Positions 9,895 through 19,679 of a DNA stretch of 64,000 nt are shown piece by piece (position 1 is the stretch's first letter; every line of letters begins with the position of its first letter). The DNA lies in the IMG/VR virus record IMGVR_UViG_3300031963_009547. The stretch is one strand, 5' to 3'. Below the pieces are notes generated by a model. That model was given only the letters and a program-made list of their open reading frames with translations, searched no databases and was not told the DNA's origin. The position numbers were made by a program, and so were the translations under genes. This DNA comes from a virus.

Positions 9895-10901
9895 ATAATA
9901 TCACCATTATTATAATAGGAATACCATAAATCTACAATCTTATTAAGTTCTTTTGATAATTTCCATGGTTTATTATGACCTGTATAGTGTATAATGTGTA
10001 TTTTATCATCGTTAATGAAAAGTTGGTTGTCTTTAATTCTCACTTCAGAACGACGTGTTCCCGTTAAAGGTGATACTTCCGTTAAATTTAAAAAGGTGGT
10101 GTCAGATAATTCACCATCACCTAAATAACCTCCTAAGTCATTTAACCCACTTAAATTCCATTGGGACCCCATATTATAAAATTTAATTTTATTTTTAACT
10201 AAAAATAAATTAATGTATGATTGTGCGAGAAATTCAAAAGAATGGCCAAAAGGAATTAACTCATCAAAAGAATCTGACATTTTTTTAAACATATCACTTT
10301 TTGCTGCAAAAACACCGCCATTCATACTTAAATAATCATCAACATTTTCTAACCCTAATTCATTCACAATTACATCCATACGTCCGTGATTAATTCTCTC
10401 ATCTTTATTCAAGGTGAGGCTTCTTAATTTAGTTAAGTATTCGTGTCTTTCCGCACCATCAAATGTAATTTGATTTCTAAATGGCCATATCCATTTAGGT
10501 TCTAAAAAATTAGCAACACCGTCATCCATTGAGCCAACAAATTCATTTGTGTCTAATTTTTCAAAATATTCTGAAAGGTCAGATAAAACTAATGTATCCA
10601 CTTCTAATGATAAAATATTTTCAAATCCCGACATCCAAGAAAAAAGTTGTGCAAAACAAGAAAAATCCTTCATAAACCCACCTTGCCAAAATCTAACTTT
10701 ACCTGATAGTAATTCATTTACAAATTTTAAATCAACAACTTTTATATTTTTTTCTTTTAGTTTATTTAAATTTTCTGCACTTATACCAGTATCAAAAACA
10801 CAAACACCGACATTAGGGTTTGATATTTTTAAAGAGTTTAACGTTGCAACTAAACCTAAAAAATATTCGTCATTAGTTGCTAAAACTATACCATTCTTCA
10901 T
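9891..10901 (-). CDS. glycosyltransferase family 8-like
   Basis: IVLATNDEY, LSLEVDTLVLSDL, MNGGVF, QSYINL, IIHYTGHNKPW. Confidence 0.85.
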   Translation of the reverse strand: MKNGIVLATNDEYFLGLVATLNSLKISNPNVGVCVFDTGISAENLNKLKEKNIKVVDLKFVNELLSGKVRFWQGGFMKDFSCFAQLFSWMSGFENILSLEVDTLVLSDLSEYFEKLDTNEFVGSMDDGVANFLEPKWIWPFRNQITFDGAERHEYLTKLRSLTLNKDERINHGRMDVIVNELGLENVDDYLSMNGGVFAAKSDMFKKMSDSFDELIPFGHSFEFLAQSYINLFLVKNKIKFYNMGSQWNLSGLNDLGGYLGDGELSDTTFLNLTEVSPLTGTRRSEVRIKDNQLFINDDKIHIIHYTGHNKPWKLSKELNKIVDLWYSYYNNGDII

Positions 10902-10906
10902 TTTTT

Positions 10907-11482
10907 TTATTTAAACATTTTATTTTCTACTATTTCTAAAATTGTATGCCCAAGTAGTGTGTGACATTCTTGTATTCTTGCTGTGTTATTTGAAGGTATG
11001 ATTAGATTGTAATCTGATATGTCTTTCATTTCTCCACCATCATTACCAATAAAAGATACAACAATAGCACCTTTGTTTTTGGCAACTTCAATAGCTTTAA
11101 TAACATTTTTTGATTTACCTGATGTTGAAAAACAAATTAGAATGTCACCTTCTTTTATTGATGATTTAATTTCTCGTGAAAAGATATCTGAGTATGAATA
11201 ATCATTTCCTACCGCAGTTAAGTAAGAAACATTAGACGCTAATAAAACCACCTCTAACGGGTCTCTATCAAAATAGAAACGACCACTTAATTCTGCTGAA
11301 AGGTGTTGTGCGTCTGCAAAACTACCACCATTACCACAAAAATATACCTTATTACCGTTTTTATAACACTCGATGATTTTTTCTGCAATCTTATTTGAGT
11401 TGTTTATAATTTCTTCATTATTCAATAATTCAGTCTTCAATCTAATTGACTCCTGAATATTTTTTATAACCATTTCTACCAT
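10907..11482 (-). CDS. gmhA: phosphoheptose isomerase (SIS domain)
   Basis: CGNGGSFADAQHLSAEL, TAVGNDYSY, STSGKSKNV, TARIQECH. Confidence 0.93.
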   Translation of the reverse strand: MVEMVIKNIQESIRLKTELLNNEEIINNSNKIAEKIIECYKNGNKVYFCGNGGSFADAQHLSAELSGRFYFDRDPLEVVLLASNVSYLTAVGNDYSYSDIFSREIKSSIKEGDILICFSTSGKSKNVIKAIEVAKNKGAIVVSFIGNDGGEMKDISDYNLIIPSNNTARIQECHTLLGHTILEIVENKMFK

Positions 11483-12294
11483 ACTGTTTTACCTCCGTCT
11501 ATAACGACATTCGAACCTGTCATATATGAACTTGCGTCAGAACACATAAACACAATCGCACCTTTATATTCATCAATATGAGCCATTCTACCCATCGGTA
11601 TAATATTAGATAACTTCGTTACAAAATCAACAGGATGGTCATTATAAACTCCTGTCGGACTTAAACAATTTACTCTAATATTATTTTTAGCGAAATATGT
11701 AGAAAGATATTTGGTCATACCAATTACTGCCCACTTGGCTGCAGAATACGTAATTGGTTTTACATTCTGTTCGTTTTCAGATTTTGTTTCATCTCTGTAT
11801 ATTCTTTGGTCAGGAGCAATTACACCTAAGTCGGATGAAATGTTTAGTACTACACCACCACCTGTTTCTAACATTTTATTACAAATAACTTGTGAAGTAA
11901 TAAAAGTTCCGTTTATAATTGCATCAATACCTTCTTTAAAATATGATTCAGTCATAACCTCAAATCTTGTTTCAGGTGTTAAACTTTTATCGTCCTTTGT
12001 AACTTTTGGGTCTTTAGCAGCATTGTTAATAAGGATATCAATTCTTTCATATTTGTTTGATACCTCATCCACACTATTTTTATCTGTGACATTCATGTAT
12101 TCCATAAACACATTTTCTTCTCCATAAATTGAAGAAAGCTCTTTGTGTTTCTTAGTTAACATATCCATGTCTACATCGGTAAGAATTACTTTAGCTCCAT
12201 ATTCTAAAAGAGCTTCAGCGTGTTTTGGACCTAATAATCCACCAGCACCTGTAATCAAAGCAACCTTACCATCTAAATCAAATAAGTTTCTCAT
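11476..12294 (-). CDS. short-chain dehydrogenase/reductase (PtmA-like)
   Basis: ALITGAGGLLG, LINNAA, NISS, YSAAK, NIRVNCLSPTG, PMGRM, VIDGG. Confidence 0.9.
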   Translation of the reverse strand: MRNLFDLDGKVALITGAGGLLGPKHAEALLEYGAKVILTDVDMDMLTKKHKELSSIYGEENVFMEYMNVTDKNSVDEVSNKYERIDILINNAAKDPKVTKDDKSLTPETRFEVMTESYFKEGIDAIINGTFITSQVICNKMLETGGGVVLNISSDLGVIAPDQRIYRDETKSENEQNVKPITYSAAKWAVIGMTKYLSTYFAKNNIRVNCLSPTGVYNDHPVDFVTKLSNIIPMGRMAHIDEYKGAIVFMCSDASSYMTGSNVVIDGGKTVW

Positions 12295-13058
12295 AATAAT
12301 GTTTTGATTTTTTGGTATGTATTTTTTATGTAATTTATTTCATCACCATCTACATCTCTTGCAAGTTGCAATATGATGTTATCAGTGTAATTAATATTTT
12401 TTAATGAATCAATTATAATTTTAAAATCAGTATCACCCAACCCAAAATGTTTTGTTTCTCCATTAAAGGTTCTATCTTTAAAATGTACATTTTTTATTTT
12501 TGACCCAAAGTAATGTATCAATTCTTTATGGTCTATTTTTTCTTTATATGTTGAGGTGAAATTACCGGTGTCGTAGGTAATAAAAAAATTGTTTTTATTA
12601 TTGACGACATCCATCACAATTTCTTTATCACATTCAAATTCAAAACAGAAATTAATCGATGGGTATTTTTCAGATATTGGGATTATGTTTTTTAAAAATT
12701 CATATCTGATATATTCATTTTCTACTGAACTATCTTCTAAAAGGGGTATTACAATTTTATTTAATTTTAGTTCTACCATTTTATCTAAAACTGGTACTAA
12801 ATTTTCATTCATAAATTCATCTTTGTAAAATGAATTATTAACCATAGTATCTACACAAACTGATAAGATGTTAGTAGGTAAATTAGGTTCATTAAATAAT
12901 GGATTATTTGAGTTATCATTTGGAGTTATTAACCATTCAATACCACATAATTCAATGTGATTTAAAACGTTAAATTCTGTCTTCCAATTAGATGGAAACT
13001 CTTGCATTTTTTTATTGACGGGTTCACTAAGACGACCCTGAAGAATTCCTACTTTCAT
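12291..13058 (-). CDS. sugar-phosphate isomerase/epimerase (xylose-isomerase-like TIM barrel)
   Basis: GILQGRLS start, FEFE, YDTGN, NVHFKDR, LGDTDF metal-binding pattern. Confidence 0.8.
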   Translation of the reverse strand: MKVGILQGRLSEPVNKKMQEFPSNWKTEFNVLNHIELCGIEWLITPNDNSNNPLFNEPNLPTNILSVCVDTMVNNSFYKDEFMNENLVPVLDKMVELKLNKIVIPLLEDSSVENEYIRYEFLKNIIPISEKYPSINFCFEFECDKEIVMDVVNNKNNFFITYDTGNFTSTYKEKIDHKELIHYFGSKIKNVHFKDRTFNGETKHFGLGDTDFKIIIDSLKNINYTDNIILQLARDVDGDEINYIKNTYQKIKTLL

Positions 13059-13468
13059 AATAACTCAACAAATTCTATAATATTATTTTCTGGGTCCATA
13101 CCAAAAAAAACTTTAACTGTTTTTTCATCAGAAATAGTTGGGGTATTGATGACAGATAAATTATTATCAATAAACTTATTGTAAAGAAAATTAACATCTT
13201 TTATAGTCAATGCAAAGTGAGTGTAACCATTTTCTAAAAGACTTTTTTTATTTACATCACAACTCCCAAAATAAAGTAATTCAACTATTGTTTTGTTATC
13301 AACCCCCAGTTTAATTATTCTTGGAGATTCATTATCAGAATTAAGAATATGATTTAAAAATCGACCTTCTTCTATTTTATCGTAAAGTATTTCTAAACCA
13401 ATTAAATCACGGTAAAACCATAACATTTTATCTAAGTCGTTTACGACTATACCAACATGTCTAAACAT
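13055..13468 (-). CDS. VOC/glyoxalase-family protein
   Basis: RHVGIVVNDL..FYRDLIGL, VELL, THFALTI, DPENNIIEFVE. Confidence 0.9.
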   Translation of the reverse strand: MFRHVGIVVNDLDKMLWFYRDLIGLEILYDKIEEGRFLNHILNSDNESPRIIKLGVDNKTIVELLYFGSCDVNKKSLLENGYTHFALTIKDVNFLYNKFIDNNLSVINTPTISDEKTVKVFFGMDPENNIIEFVELL

Positions 13469-14781
13469 TCTATCAAACTTTCTTTTAATACTCCAATACC
13501 TTCAATTAATGCATCATCATCGATTGTTAATGGTGGACCTATTTTTAAGGTTCCTGATTGAGTCCTAATCGATAATAAACCTTTTCTCATAGCCACTTCT
13601 ATAATCATATCAACAAAATCAATATCATTTCCATTTGGTGATTTTATGAACACACCAGATAATAACCCTTCGCAGTTTATTTTTTTTACATAATCAGGCA
13701 TTTCTGTTTTCCATTTTAACAATTCCATTCTCATTATTTCTCCCTTCCTATAAGACTCATTAACTAAGTCATTATCTAAAAGATATTTAACAGAAGCGTT
13801 TGATGCTGCAACCGCAACAGGATTACCACCATGCGTACTATTGTAAGACATGTCATTATTAATAATTCCATTATTAGTTATGACACAAGATAATGGTAAC
13901 GAAGATGAAATACCTTTAGCACAAACAATTATATCTGGAACAATTTCAAAATGTTCATATGCAAATAATTTACCAGTTCTACCAAAACCTGATTGTATTT
14001 CGTCTATAATTAACAAAACTTTATTTTCATCACACCATTTTCTTAATAATTTAACATAATCTTTTGATGCGAATTCAGCAGACCATCCTTGGTATGGTTC
14101 CATGATTACTGCGGAATATTCAGAAGGATTTAAACCTTTAAAGTATTTCTCAAATAGTTCTTGTGGTGTTAATTTTTCGTTTTCTAATGTAATGGTGTCG
14201 GGGTAAGGTAAATGTGTGACATATGTTTTAACAGGTATCCATTCTTGTGATTTAAATTTTCCACCCGCCATAGCTGAACCCATGGTTTTACCATGATACC
14301 CATTATTAAATGAAATAATTTTATTTTTACCAGAATGTTTAATTGACATTTTGATTGCACACTCAACCGCTTCAGAACCTGTTGATAAAAATAACACCTT
14401 GTCAAAATTTTCAGGAGTGGATTCTACCAACAATTTAGAAAATTCAGACCTCTCTTTTGTTGGGTAATAATATGCGTTTAATAAATTTTTATTAGTTGTG
14501 GATATAATTGCGTCTTTTACTTTTGGGTTTGAGTGACCTACATTTGCAACAAAAATTGATGATGTAAAATCAATCCATTTATTACCTGAAATATCATAAA
14601 TTGAATAGTTCGATGCCGAATCCCACACAACGGGTAATTGGTCGTTCATTGAATCGGGCTCATATTTGATGCAATCATTTAAATATTGTAATGATTGTGG
14701 TGAAGGTATTGGTGTGATGATGTTTCGATAACGAGTTTTTACAACATCACAGTTAAATGGAGTTAACTGAAACTTATGCAT
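13447..14781 (-). CDS. class III PLP aminotransferase
   Basis: DISGNKWIDF, STGSEAVE, YHGKT, MEPYQG, LIIDEIQSGFGRTG, PDIIVCAKG, THGGNP. Confidence 0.93.
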   Translation of the reverse strand: MHKFQLTPFNCDVVKTRYRNIITPIPSPQSLQYLNDCIKYEPDSMNDQLPVVWDSASNYSIYDISGNKWIDFTSSIFVANVGHSNPKVKDAIISTTNKNLLNAYYYPTKERSEFSKLLVESTPENFDKVLFLSTGSEAVECAIKMSIKHSGKNKIISFNNGYHGKTMGSAMAGGKFKSQEWIPVKTYVTHLPYPDTITLENEKLTPQELFEKYFKGLNPSEYSAVIMEPYQGWSAEFASKDYVKLLRKWCDENKVLLIIDEIQSGFGRTGKLFAYEHFEIVPDIIVCAKGISSSLPLSCVITNNGIINNDMSYNSTHGGNPVAVAASNASVKYLLDNDLVNESYRKGEIMRMELLKWKTEMPDYVKKINCEGLLSGVFIKSPNGNDIDFVDMIIEVAMRKGLLSIRTQSGTLKIGPPLTIDDDALIEGIGVLKESLIECLDMLV

Positions 14782-15442
14782 TTTTTTTATTTAAGATAAA
14801 CTCAATATAATTAAAATCCTCGATAGTGTCAATTTCATAAGTTTTATCAGTAATAAAAGAATAAATTTTATCACCGTAAAAATTGTCTGAATTCATAAAC
14901 ACTTCAGGATTTACTATATCTATATATCCATTTGGTGAATACGTTTTGGGATAACTTTGTCTAGGTAAGTTAGTATCCATACCCTCTACAATAGGACTCC
15001 AATATATCCCGTCTTGTTTATAAAATTTGTAAACAGATTCTGAAGTTTCGTGGGCGGACCTAAGACTTGTGATTAATGATTTATTCTTTAAAAATACTTC
15101 AATAGCATCGTCTATAACTGAATGATTAATCAAAGGTGTTGTTGCTCGTAAATGTATAATTGGTTCAGTATAGTTTAATTCCTTACAAAAATGTCTGAAA
15201 GAATCGATATCTAACGATGTGTCAGTTGACAATTCAGAAGGTCTTATAATTATTTTACATCCTAATTTTTTTGATATCTCAATAATTTCTTCGTCGTCGG
15301 AAGAAACGTATATATCCGTAATTTTTTTTGATTCTTTTGCCGAAGTGATAACATATTCAATTAAAGGTTTACCTAATAATTTTTTTATATTTTTTTTGGG
15401 TATTCCTTTACTACCTCCTCGAGCTAAAATTAAAGCTATCAT
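14774..15442 (-). CDS. neuA: CMP-ulosonate synthetase (acylneuraminate cytidylyltransferase)
   Basis: ALILARGGSKGIPKKNI, VSSDD, RPSELSTD, TTPL, PRQ, NGYIDI, EIDTIEDF. Confidence 0.93.
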   Translation of the reverse strand: MIALILARGGSKGIPKKNIKKLLGKPLIEYVITSAKESKKITDIYVSSDDEEIIEISKKLGCKIIIRPSELSTDTSLDIDSFRHFCKELNYTEPIIHLRATTPLINHSVIDDAIEVFLKNKSLITSLRSAHETSESVYKFYKQDGIYWSPIVEGMDTNLPRQSYPKTYSPNGYIDIVNPEVFMNSDNFYGDKIYSFITDKTYEIDTIEDFNYIEFILNKKNA

Positions 15443-16137
15443 TTTTTTTCCGCTTTACAAATTAACATTGCCTCTTTTGAGAATCTAATTATTTTGTTTG
15501 TTTTTTTACCCCATAATACTTTTTCAAAAGGTGAGTAAGGTAAAGGTAATTTTTGAATTATATACCTAAAAATGTTTAAAAATGGATATTTCCATGTTAA
15601 TGGTAACTGATACAAATAATCACATTCAGAGACAAATCCTGATAATTCACAGGCGGTTTCTAATGAGTATCGTGTAAAAGGGGTAACGTGAGTATGGTCA
15701 ATATAAAATGCTTCTTTATATGAATGTTTCCAGCTTGGCGCCATACATATTAATACTCCCCCTTTTTTTAACATTCTATAAGATTCATCTAATAAAATAT
15801 CTGGATTATGTAGATGTTCGACAACAGATTTTGAAAAAATAAAATCAAATTTTTCATCTTTAAATGGGTATTTTTTCTCATTTAAATTATATGACTTAAA
15901 CTTTTTTGATGGTATATTTTCTTTAGCTGAGTCAGAAATATCTATTCCATATGCGTCTATACCACACTCAATGAAACACTTAGTTAACACACCGTCTCCA
16001 CAACCAATATCTAAAATTTTATCACCCTTTTTTATATTATATTTTTTTATAATATAGTTAACTAACTTTTTTGGATAGTCTGTTTTATTCTCTTTATATG
16101 TTGTTTGTACGTAATTTGGATTAAATATTGAACTCAT
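15439..16137 (-). CDS. class I SAM-dependent methyltransferase
   Basis: ILDIGCGDG, GIDIS, FDFIFSKSVVEHL, LKKGG, DHTH. Confidence 0.92.
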   Translation of the reverse strand: MSSIFNPNYVQTTYKENKTDYPKKLVNYIIKKYNIKKGDKILDIGCGDGVLTKCFIECGIDAYGIDISDSAKENIPSKKFKSYNLNEKKYPFKDEKFDFIFSKSVVEHLHNPDILLDESYRMLKKGGVLICMAPSWKHSYKEAFYIDHTHVTPFTRYSLETACELSGFVSECDYLYQLPLTWKYPFLNIFRYIIQKLPLPYSPFEKVLWGKKTNKIIRFSKEAMLICKAEKK

Positions 16138-16862
16138 ATTTTTTCAGTTTTGAATATAGTTTTAAGAATTGAATCTTCGCTGGTGTTTATTATCTCAATA
16201 CCAAGATTTTTTACACTATCATTTATAATTTTAAAATCATTTAAAATATTATTTATACAGACATCAAATTCAATCACTGAATGAGGTCTCATATATGAAT
16301 TATAATAACCTTTTTTATAATCTAAATCTACACCGGATATAAAAATTTTATTACAACCAAGTAATATTGATAACGCTAACATATGTATTGCAACTGTATC
16401 ACCCGTACTATATCTTAAATCATAATTTGTAAATTTTTGTAATTCTTCTTGTATTGTTAATCTACCATCTATAAAATTTTTACATCCATTAGGGCAATTA
16501 TTACATTTAGAATTATTAAAATGTCTTTGGTCGTACCCAATATAATTTAATCCTGAGGAGTTTTTTTCTATCCATTCTCTTGGGGTTGAGTCAACTGAAT
16601 CCGAATGTACTATTGTTGTACCCTCATATTTTTTAAATCTTTCTAACATAAATGGAAATGTTTGCAATGAATTTGCAAACACCCAATAATCGGGTTTTAA
16701 ATTTGTGTTAATATCAATATCATTACAACATATTAAAATTATTTCGTCTCTATTTTTTGTAATGTATTCTATAGTCTCTGATAAGGACGGACCTAAACCA
16801 CATATAAATGCAGTTTTATTTAGATGTTTGTTTTTAATTTGCTCAAAATTATATTGTATCAT
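16134..16862 (-). CDS. Maf/DUF115-like protein, putative ulosonic-acid transferase
   Basis: AFICGLGPSL, CCND, TVAIHMLALSILLGCNKIFISGVDLDY, typical of Maf/CstII-like folds; next to neuA. Confidence 0.72.
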   Translation of the reverse strand: MIQYNFEQIKNKHLNKTAFICGLGPSLSETIEYITKNRDEIILICCNDIDINTNLKPDYWVFANSLQTFPFMLERFKKYEGTTIVHSDSVDSTPREWIEKNSSGLNYIGYDQRHFNNSKCNNCPNGCKNFIDGRLTIQEELQKFTNYDLRYSTGDTVAIHMLALSILLGCNKIFISGVDLDYKKGYYNSYMRPHSVIEFDVCINNILNDFKIINDSVKNLGIEIINTSEDSILKTIFKTEKI

Positions 16863-18085
16863 TTGAATGGTGATTCTATTAAATTATTTTTAATCATTTC
16901 TCTATTGATTAGGTATAAAACGTTTTTAGGTTTTAAATGTATATCATCTACATAATATATTTCTTTAGTCGTGTCTCCATCAACTAAGTAATCATATATA
17001 CTTAAAAATTTGTAACCTTTTTTTGAACACTCTTCCTTAACTCTTTGATTAAAATATTCTTTAAATTTTCTTCTTTCGCTATATGTACCTCTTGGTTTAT
17101 CAAACGCTTCTGGATTTTCTCTATAATAGAATATAAACGGCTCTTCTTTTAATTCCGGTGTTACCGAAAATAAAATTATATTTTTATTATATAAATTGTC
17201 AATAAATTGAAAATACCTATCAATAATTTCATCTATTAATTCAATATAATCTTTGTTTTGTTCGTCCATATTTTTTTTTACTTGAGCTCTACAATCTATT
17301 TCACCAAAACAAATAAGAATATTTTCATCATAAGATACATTATTAATTATTTCATATACATTTGGTTTGTTAATTAAGTTGTATGCTAAATAAGGTCCGA
17401 ACCTATAGGTATGATAAGAATCATATACAATTAATTCATTCATATTAAATAAACTTTCTTTATTAGAAAAAATACTAATATGACTATCACCAAAACAATT
17501 TATTTTTTGTATTTTTTTCTGCGTCCACCCTTCAAAAATAAATTCGTAATTAAAAATAGTATCATAATATACTGATACCTTTTCCAAAATTGAATTTCGT
17601 TTTTCAACATATCCGTCGACAAACCCGTGAAATTGTACCAAATAATTTTCAAAGACATTTAATTCAGGTATTGATGACAGATATTCTAATAATCTATACT
17701 CTTCCCCTTCAATATTAATTTTTATTAAATCTACTTGAAAAATTTGCTCCTCGAATAAAAATTCTTTTATAGATTTAAGTTTTATTTTTTCAGTTCTGTC
17801 GTTTTGTGAATATATTGATGATGCATCACCATTTGTGCTTATATATTCATCTCTTGTGATATCTGACAAACCAAAATTATAAACTTTTATATTTTCATTA
17901 TTTTTATATCTATGTACTATCTTTTCATAGAATGATAACACAGGTTCAAATATATATATTTTTGGATTTTCGTATCTGTCAATACAAATTTGAGCAAAAT
18001 CACCCATATACCCACCAACGTCAAAAATTACAGAATCTTTTTTTAATTCAAATTTCATTACATCATTCCAAGTTGGATTTCCCAT
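16859..18085 (-). CDS. FkbM-family methyltransferase fused to an SGNH-hydrolase domain
   Basis: N-half FDVGGYMG, IFEPV, IKINIEGEEY, VQFH; C-half FGDSH, FGEIDCR, DDIHL. Confidence 0.8.
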   Translation of the reverse strand: MGNPTWNDVMKFELKKDSVIFDVGGYMGDFAQICIDRYENPKIYIFEPVLSFYEKIVHRYKNNENIKVYNFGLSDITRDEYISTNGDASSIYSQNDRTEKIKLKSIKEFLFEEQIFQVDLIKINIEGEEYRLLEYLSSIPELNVFENYLVQFHGFVDGYVEKRNSILEKVSVYYDTIFNYEFIFEGWTQKKIQKINCFGDSHISIFSNKESLFNMNELIVYDSYHTYRFGPYLAYNLINKPNVYEIINNVSYDENILICFGEIDCRAQVKKNMDEQNKDYIELIDEIIDRYFQFIDNLYNKNIILFSVTPELKEEPFIFYYRENPEAFDKPRGTYSERRKFKEYFNQRVKEECSKKGYKFLSIYDYLVDGDTTKEIYYVDDIHLKPKNVLYLINREMIKNNLIESPFK

Positions 18086-18088
18086 TTT

Positions 18089-18862
18089 TCAAATTTTTAT
18101 CAATTTATTAAAATACACGTCACTTGTATCTATATTTTTTTTAGCGGGTCCAAACCATTTTTTTGGTCCTATCACTATTTTATTTTCATTCTTATTTAAC
18201 CAAGCCCCCCACCATGAAAATGACGAATTCGCTATAATATTATTATAACATAAAGACATCAAAATTAAATCTTCGTAATCTTTATTATTTTCACAATATA
18301 TAACATTATCTAAAAAGTTAAAATTTTCTTTACACCACCTAATATCATCTGAGAAAATAAAAAAAGTTTTATCAGAACCAACTATAGATATTGCTTCTTT
18401 ATAATATTCTAAACTTTGTGTTGGGTGGTGGTCTAATAGATTTAAATAATCACCTCTTCTTACATGTATAGAACAAGTGTTTTCATGTAATACTTCTTTA
18501 TATTTTTCACGTATGTTATTAACAACTTCATCACAATAAAAAAAATCTAAAATTTTATTTCTGTTGTGTTTGAAATATTTTTCAGATTGAAAATATCCGT
18601 GAAGTGATGTTGGTAACATAAAATCAGGTATGGGTGAATAGTGAAAATGTGGTTCATTATATATTTGACTCGTAACAAAATTACCATCTAATATTAAATT
18701 TTTCAAAATATTGTCCATGTAAACGTCAATTGGTTTATGGACTACTTGGACATTATTTGGGTTGATAACAAATTTTTCACCCAAATCTAAAGATTTAGAA
18801 TATGCTGTTGCGATTTGAAAAAGATAGTTCCCAAGACCACCCATTAAATAACAAGAAACCAT
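18089..18862 (-). CDS. GT11 alpha-1,2-fucosyl/colitosyltransferase
   Basis: MGGLGNYLFQ, GYFQSEKYF, SIHVRRGDYL, FSDDIRWC, IIANSSFSWWGAWL. Confidence 0.93.
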   Translation of the reverse strand: MVSCYLMGGLGNYLFQIATAYSKSLDLGEKFVINPNNVQVVHKPIDVYMDNILKNLILDGNFVTSQIYNEPHFHYSPIPDFMLPTSLHGYFQSEKYFKHNRNKILDFFYCDEVVNNIREKYKEVLHENTCSIHVRRGDYLNLLDHHPTQSLEYYKEAISIVGSDKTFFIFSDDIRWCKENFNFLDNVIYCENNKDYEDLILMSLCYNNIIANSSFSWWGAWLNKNENKIVIGPKKWFGPAKKNIDTSDVYFNKLIKI

Positions 18863-18863
18863 A

Positions 18864-19679
18864 TTATAAGTTTTCTTTTATGAATTTATACACATGTTCG
18901 TCAGGTAGTAAAAAGTTTTTACACTTATCAAAGTTTTCTCTAATAACATCTAATTTTGAGTTATAAAAATCTTCATTACAGTCGTTTAAAATTGTTTCTA
19001 ACTCATCCATATTATCAAATATTAACATACCGTCAGTATTGAAAAAATCACCAATAGAAGGACACCCCCAATATATAGGAATCGTTCCTGTTGCAAAACA
19101 ATCAATTAGTTTTTCTGTAAACCAATAATCTCTTTTACAATTTTCAATAACAACTGAAAAACGATAATCTTTAAGACCATCAATTTTAAAATTAATAGGG
19201 TTATAACTTCTACCGAACACATCCATTTTATCACCAAACTTTTGAATTACTTCGTGTCTTAATCTATGCCCGTCAGTGAATGTTTTATTAGATGAAATGA
19301 CTGAAATGTTTTTACTTTTATCGTAAACTTTTTGTTCTTCTTTCGGTATCCAACAACACCCAAAAGGAATGAATTTTGTATTGTAATCTAAATCTAATAA
19401 TGTTTTTTCATGTGTTAAAATGTAATCAAACTTCATTAGATTATTTCTAACGTAATCGTAATGTTGAGGTGCAACACAAACAGGCTCAATCAACCAAGCG
19501 ATTTTATTTTTAGATGGTGGTAAATTTGATGTTAAAAAATTATCAGTAATAACTAAATTTTCAGTATTATTTGGTTGGGTTCTTTCCCACTCAAAATTTT
19601 CTGACTTTTGAAAGTCAGAACAATAACCTAAAATAGAGTGTGAAAAAGTATTATCTGCAATTTTTATTTTTTGTTTCAT
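18864..19679 (-). CDS. GT10 alpha-1,3-fucosyltransferase-like protein
   Basis: YRFSVVIENCKRDYWFTEKLIDCFATGTIPIYWG matches the GT10 signature. Confidence 0.88.
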   Translation of the reverse strand: MKQKIKIADNTFSHSILGYCSDFQKSENFEWERTQPNNTENLVITDNFLTSNLPPSKNKIAWLIEPVCVAPQHYDYVRNNLMKFDYILTHEKTLLDLDYNTKFIPFGCCWIPKEEQKVYDKSKNISVISSNKTFTDGHRLRHEVIQKFGDKMDVFGRSYNPINFKIDGLKDYRFSVVIENCKRDYWFTEKLIDCFATGTIPIYWGCPSIGDFFNTDGMLIFDNMDELETILNDCNEDFYNSKLDVIRENFDKCKNFLLPDEHVYKFIKENL

